Shown: in pieces, positions 60,934-64,000 of the stretch
How positions within the stretch are numbered: position 1 is the first letter of the stretch
Layout: each line of letters opens with the position of its first letter
Assembly: GCF_009834535.1 (NCBI RefSeq)
Contig: NC_045700.1
Coordinates: forward strand, 60,326,001-60,390,000
DNA: 64,000 nt
DNA from: Camelus ferus
Lineage: Eukaryota
Direction of reading: 5' to 3'
Notes under the pieces: model-generated
Database searches by the model: none
What the model was told of the DNA's origin: nothing
The model's input: the letters and a program-made list of their open reading frames with translations, nothing else
Translations under genes and position numbers: made by a program

Positions 60934-63869
60934 GTACAAGTAATGGATTATTTTTTCTCTTATGATAGCATTTGACTTTGATCCAGGAATTACCTTTAGC
61001 TTTACTTCATTGGTGCTTAATGTCGTCTTCTCTCCCGATGGAAAATGCTACCTATTCAGTGTTCACGTTTCTTCATCCTTCTCTTGGCAATAGTCACACT
61101 TGGGATAAAAAATAATATCTATCTACAGGGTTGTTAGTATCATGCAACTTAATCTAGCTCAATCACTTAAAACAGTACTTGGAAAAGATCTTGTGCCAGG
61201 GGTATGAGTGTTACCTCTTATTTTTAACTTTATGTGGTAAATGTTCTACCTTTACATGGCCTCCCTTTATATTGGTTTCTATTCTTTGTGACTGTGACAA
61301 TTGTAAAATATAGAACTCAGTAAAATCATTGCGAGAATGAGTCCTTCTAATTCTAAATGTATGAATGTGCAGGAAATGATGGTCCTGAGACCCCCAGAAA
61401 TCCTACAAATTCTGAGGGCAAGGGTAAGTATGAACCAGTCAGATTCCAAGGACCTGGATCAGACCTCAGAGTCTTGAGGTCTCTGCATCTGAGATGAGCA
61501 ACTGCCATAACCTAAAAGAGTATTTATGGCGATTATATACTTCTGAGAAAACTAGGACACATATCCTTCTGCCAACCCCACCCCCACCTCAGATTCAGGA
61601 GACCTTGTCTGTGGCCCCAGTAGGTCACTGCTGATTGCCCAAGCCTGAGTTTTCTTTGTAAAGAGGTGTCATTGGTATCAGGAGCACTGAGATCCTTGCA
61701 GAGTCTGGGAGCTTCGGTGATTGGATCCAGCCACTCTTCAGGCTCCTAACACCAAATCGGGGATACAGTGAAGAGGCGGAGTGCAGGTCTGCTACTTTCA
61801 GGACCCCTAATCCTCAGCCTTTGGAGGAGCCTCTTTCAGTTTTGTCATGTCTGGTTCCTGATCTCAGAGCCTCAAAGCCCATCCCCTTTCTTGGACTATC
61901 TTCTTTCACAAAACAAAATTTTCTTAACTCTGCAAGACAAGGTCTAGGTCCTCATTCAACCGAAAACCTAATGGGGACTGAGAGGTTTGAAGAGAAAAGG
62001 TAGTTCTTGTGCTTCTGATCCACTGCTAGCTGTGCAAACAAAACGCAGATTAACACCTCAGTGAATTATCCCATCACATAGTGGTAAACGGACTCCATCG
62101 CCTCTTGCCTCTGACTTTCACTCATGCTGCTTTCTCTGCCTGGAATATTGCTGCTTCCACTTCCTCCTTGCCTGGCTAACTCCTACTCACTCCTCACGTC
62201 TTAGTCAAAATATCATTTAACAAATTTAAACTCTGCCTTGATTCATTATTTTTAAAAATCAGCACAGATTGAACTCTTCAAGAACATGACTATCCTTCCA
62301 CGCATGGTGTTCACGGGCACAGCTTAAAGCGAGGGCGGGGAGACCTCAGACGACCTGTGGATAAGGCTGGGTTTCTCTTTAAGGGCTCCCACTTCCTTCC
62401 AGCAACCTCCTCACTGAAAGACTTGCACATTTTTAGGAGCTGTATTCTCCCAGACCCTCTCTTTCGCCTTTTTCCGAATTCTTCCCCCAGAAAAGGCTCT
62501 GTAATCACTCATATGCATCTTAGTGGTAGTGTAAATTGCTGTGTTAAGTCTCCAAGGCATTTGCAGGTTAAACCTAGGTTCTCTTGTGGAATGAGAGGCT
62601 TTGTCCCCAAGTAAAGTGATGTTAAGCTGCAGGGTGGATTTTTGTTATTTCAGTGCAGTATTAAGTGACTTTGGGTCTGCCCTAACCTCTCCCTAGCAGT
62701 TAAATACCACTAAATGTATTCTGATTTTCCCAAGGGTTATTTTGAAAACCAAATGAGATAATGTATTTGAAAGTGTCCATAAACTATAAAGTATTACACA
62801 AATGTTAGGGCTATTATTAGTAAGTTTTACGAATTTGACATTCATTGGCATTCAAGGTAAATCTAGAGTCTTTATTCATAACCCCCAGATCTCTCAAAGT
62901 TGCCATACTCTGTTCTGCATTCAGTAGAGTTTTTAATTCCATGTAGATTTAGGGAGAGGTTCTGAATATCATCATAAAACAAGAAAGCATTTTTCCTTAA
63001 GAATAAAATAATATATGTGTCTTACAATTTTTTTTTAAACTTTAAAAATTTTGTCTTTTGTCTCAGTGGAAATCTTCCCAGGTTTCCTTACTTTTATCCC
63101 AGAAGAGCTTTTTATTTTCCTATATGACTTGAAGTTTTTCTTCTGTCTGATCCAGGAGCTAAACTTTAATATTTATTAAAATAATTCACTTTATTTTCAA
63201 TAAGAATTGATTTAATTCTGTATTACCTCTGAATTAATTAGGAAAGAAATTCTACAGTTATTATTTCTTATCAGTGAATTACACAGAGATATAAAGCCTT
63301 ATCTTTGAATAAACTTTCTTTTCGTGCCATACCAAATGTGTGCAGTTCAAACGTCAGCATGTATTTTGTATTTCCTGCATGTCACTAAGGCATTATGTTT
63401 TTCCTTTGATCAAATGGTATGAATTTGTAAGAATAAAAATGATCACTGTCTATTCATATCAAAAGTTTGTTTAAACAAAAATTGGTCTCTGTTTAAAGTG
63501 GTCTTTGTGAATCTGTTTTTCTCTAAAGCCAGAAAATAGTTTCAGAAAACAGGCCATGAATTATGCTAGGAAATGAAACAAAAGAATCAGTTTATTTTCT
63601 GTTAGAGCGGTATCTGCTAGGTAAGAGTATGGCTGTTTGTGTGGTGAGATCAGAGGCCACGCCCTCTCAGCCAAAATCAAGTGAGCCACAGCCTTTCTCA
63701 CACTGATGCAAGATAATCAAACAAACAGGCAAATAAATCCATCCAGCCATCCTCAACTCAAGTACCTACATCACAGGACCATTTACGGAGTTCCAAAGCT
63801 CTGAGTGTCAGAAAAGTTAGGTGCAGTGTCAAGGGTCAACACATTTAGACTCTGACAGTGTTGGCCATT

Positions 63870-64000
63870 TTTCCTTTCATTCATGTATTCATTCACTCAT
63901 TCATCCAACAAATACTTTTGGCCAACTCTGTGCCAGGCACCCACTTAGGTGAACAAGTGCCTGATCCAGGCCTTCAGACAAGTAAGAGAGAGAGGATCCC
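63870..64000 (-). mobile_element. L2 3' end
   Basis: cattcactcattcatccaacaaatacttttggccaactctgtgccaggcac. Confidence 0.75.

Noticed and set aside
1-64000. BARD1 exons, SNORA70-like snoRNA, NUMT, CRISPR or prokaryotic systems
   Set aside because: I recognised none by reading. The DNA is mammalian and intergenic, and BARD1 is expected beyond the window end. A homology search would be needed to exclude weak matches.

Overview
Eukaryotic (mammalian) genomic DNA, most likely a camelid: it carries four tRNA-derived SINEs resembling the camelid vic-1 family and I saw no ruminant Bov-A/BovB or pig PRE-1 SINEs. The window holds the last two coding exons of ABCA12 (+ strand, 1474-1611 and 2918-3025) and a ~1.1 kb 3'UTR. 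About 60 kb of repeat-rich non-coding DNA follows. In human synteny this interval leads to BARD1 and is spanned by the antisense lncRNA SNHG31; no BARD1 exon is in the window. Repeats include L1, L2, MIR, MaLR (MLT1), ERVL pol remnants, ERV1-type solo LTRs, and Tigger and hAT DNA transposons; there are also two N-gaps. All ORFs in the supplied track are short and repeat-derived or spurious, and the track misses the real ABCA12 exons. I found no evidence of a novel multi-gene system. The best second-look items are an orphan CpG-island-like promoter candidate at ~15.4-15.7 kb, a consensus CTCF site at 35.27 kb, a three-level transposon nest at 29.2-31.0 kb, a same-strand cluster of four LTRs at 56.9-60.9 kb, non-collinear ERVL pol fragments joined to MaLR LTRs, and regulatory motifs in the ABCA12 3'UTR. 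Repeat family names are recalled from memory and repeat boundaries are approximate unless a TSD or TIR is quoted.
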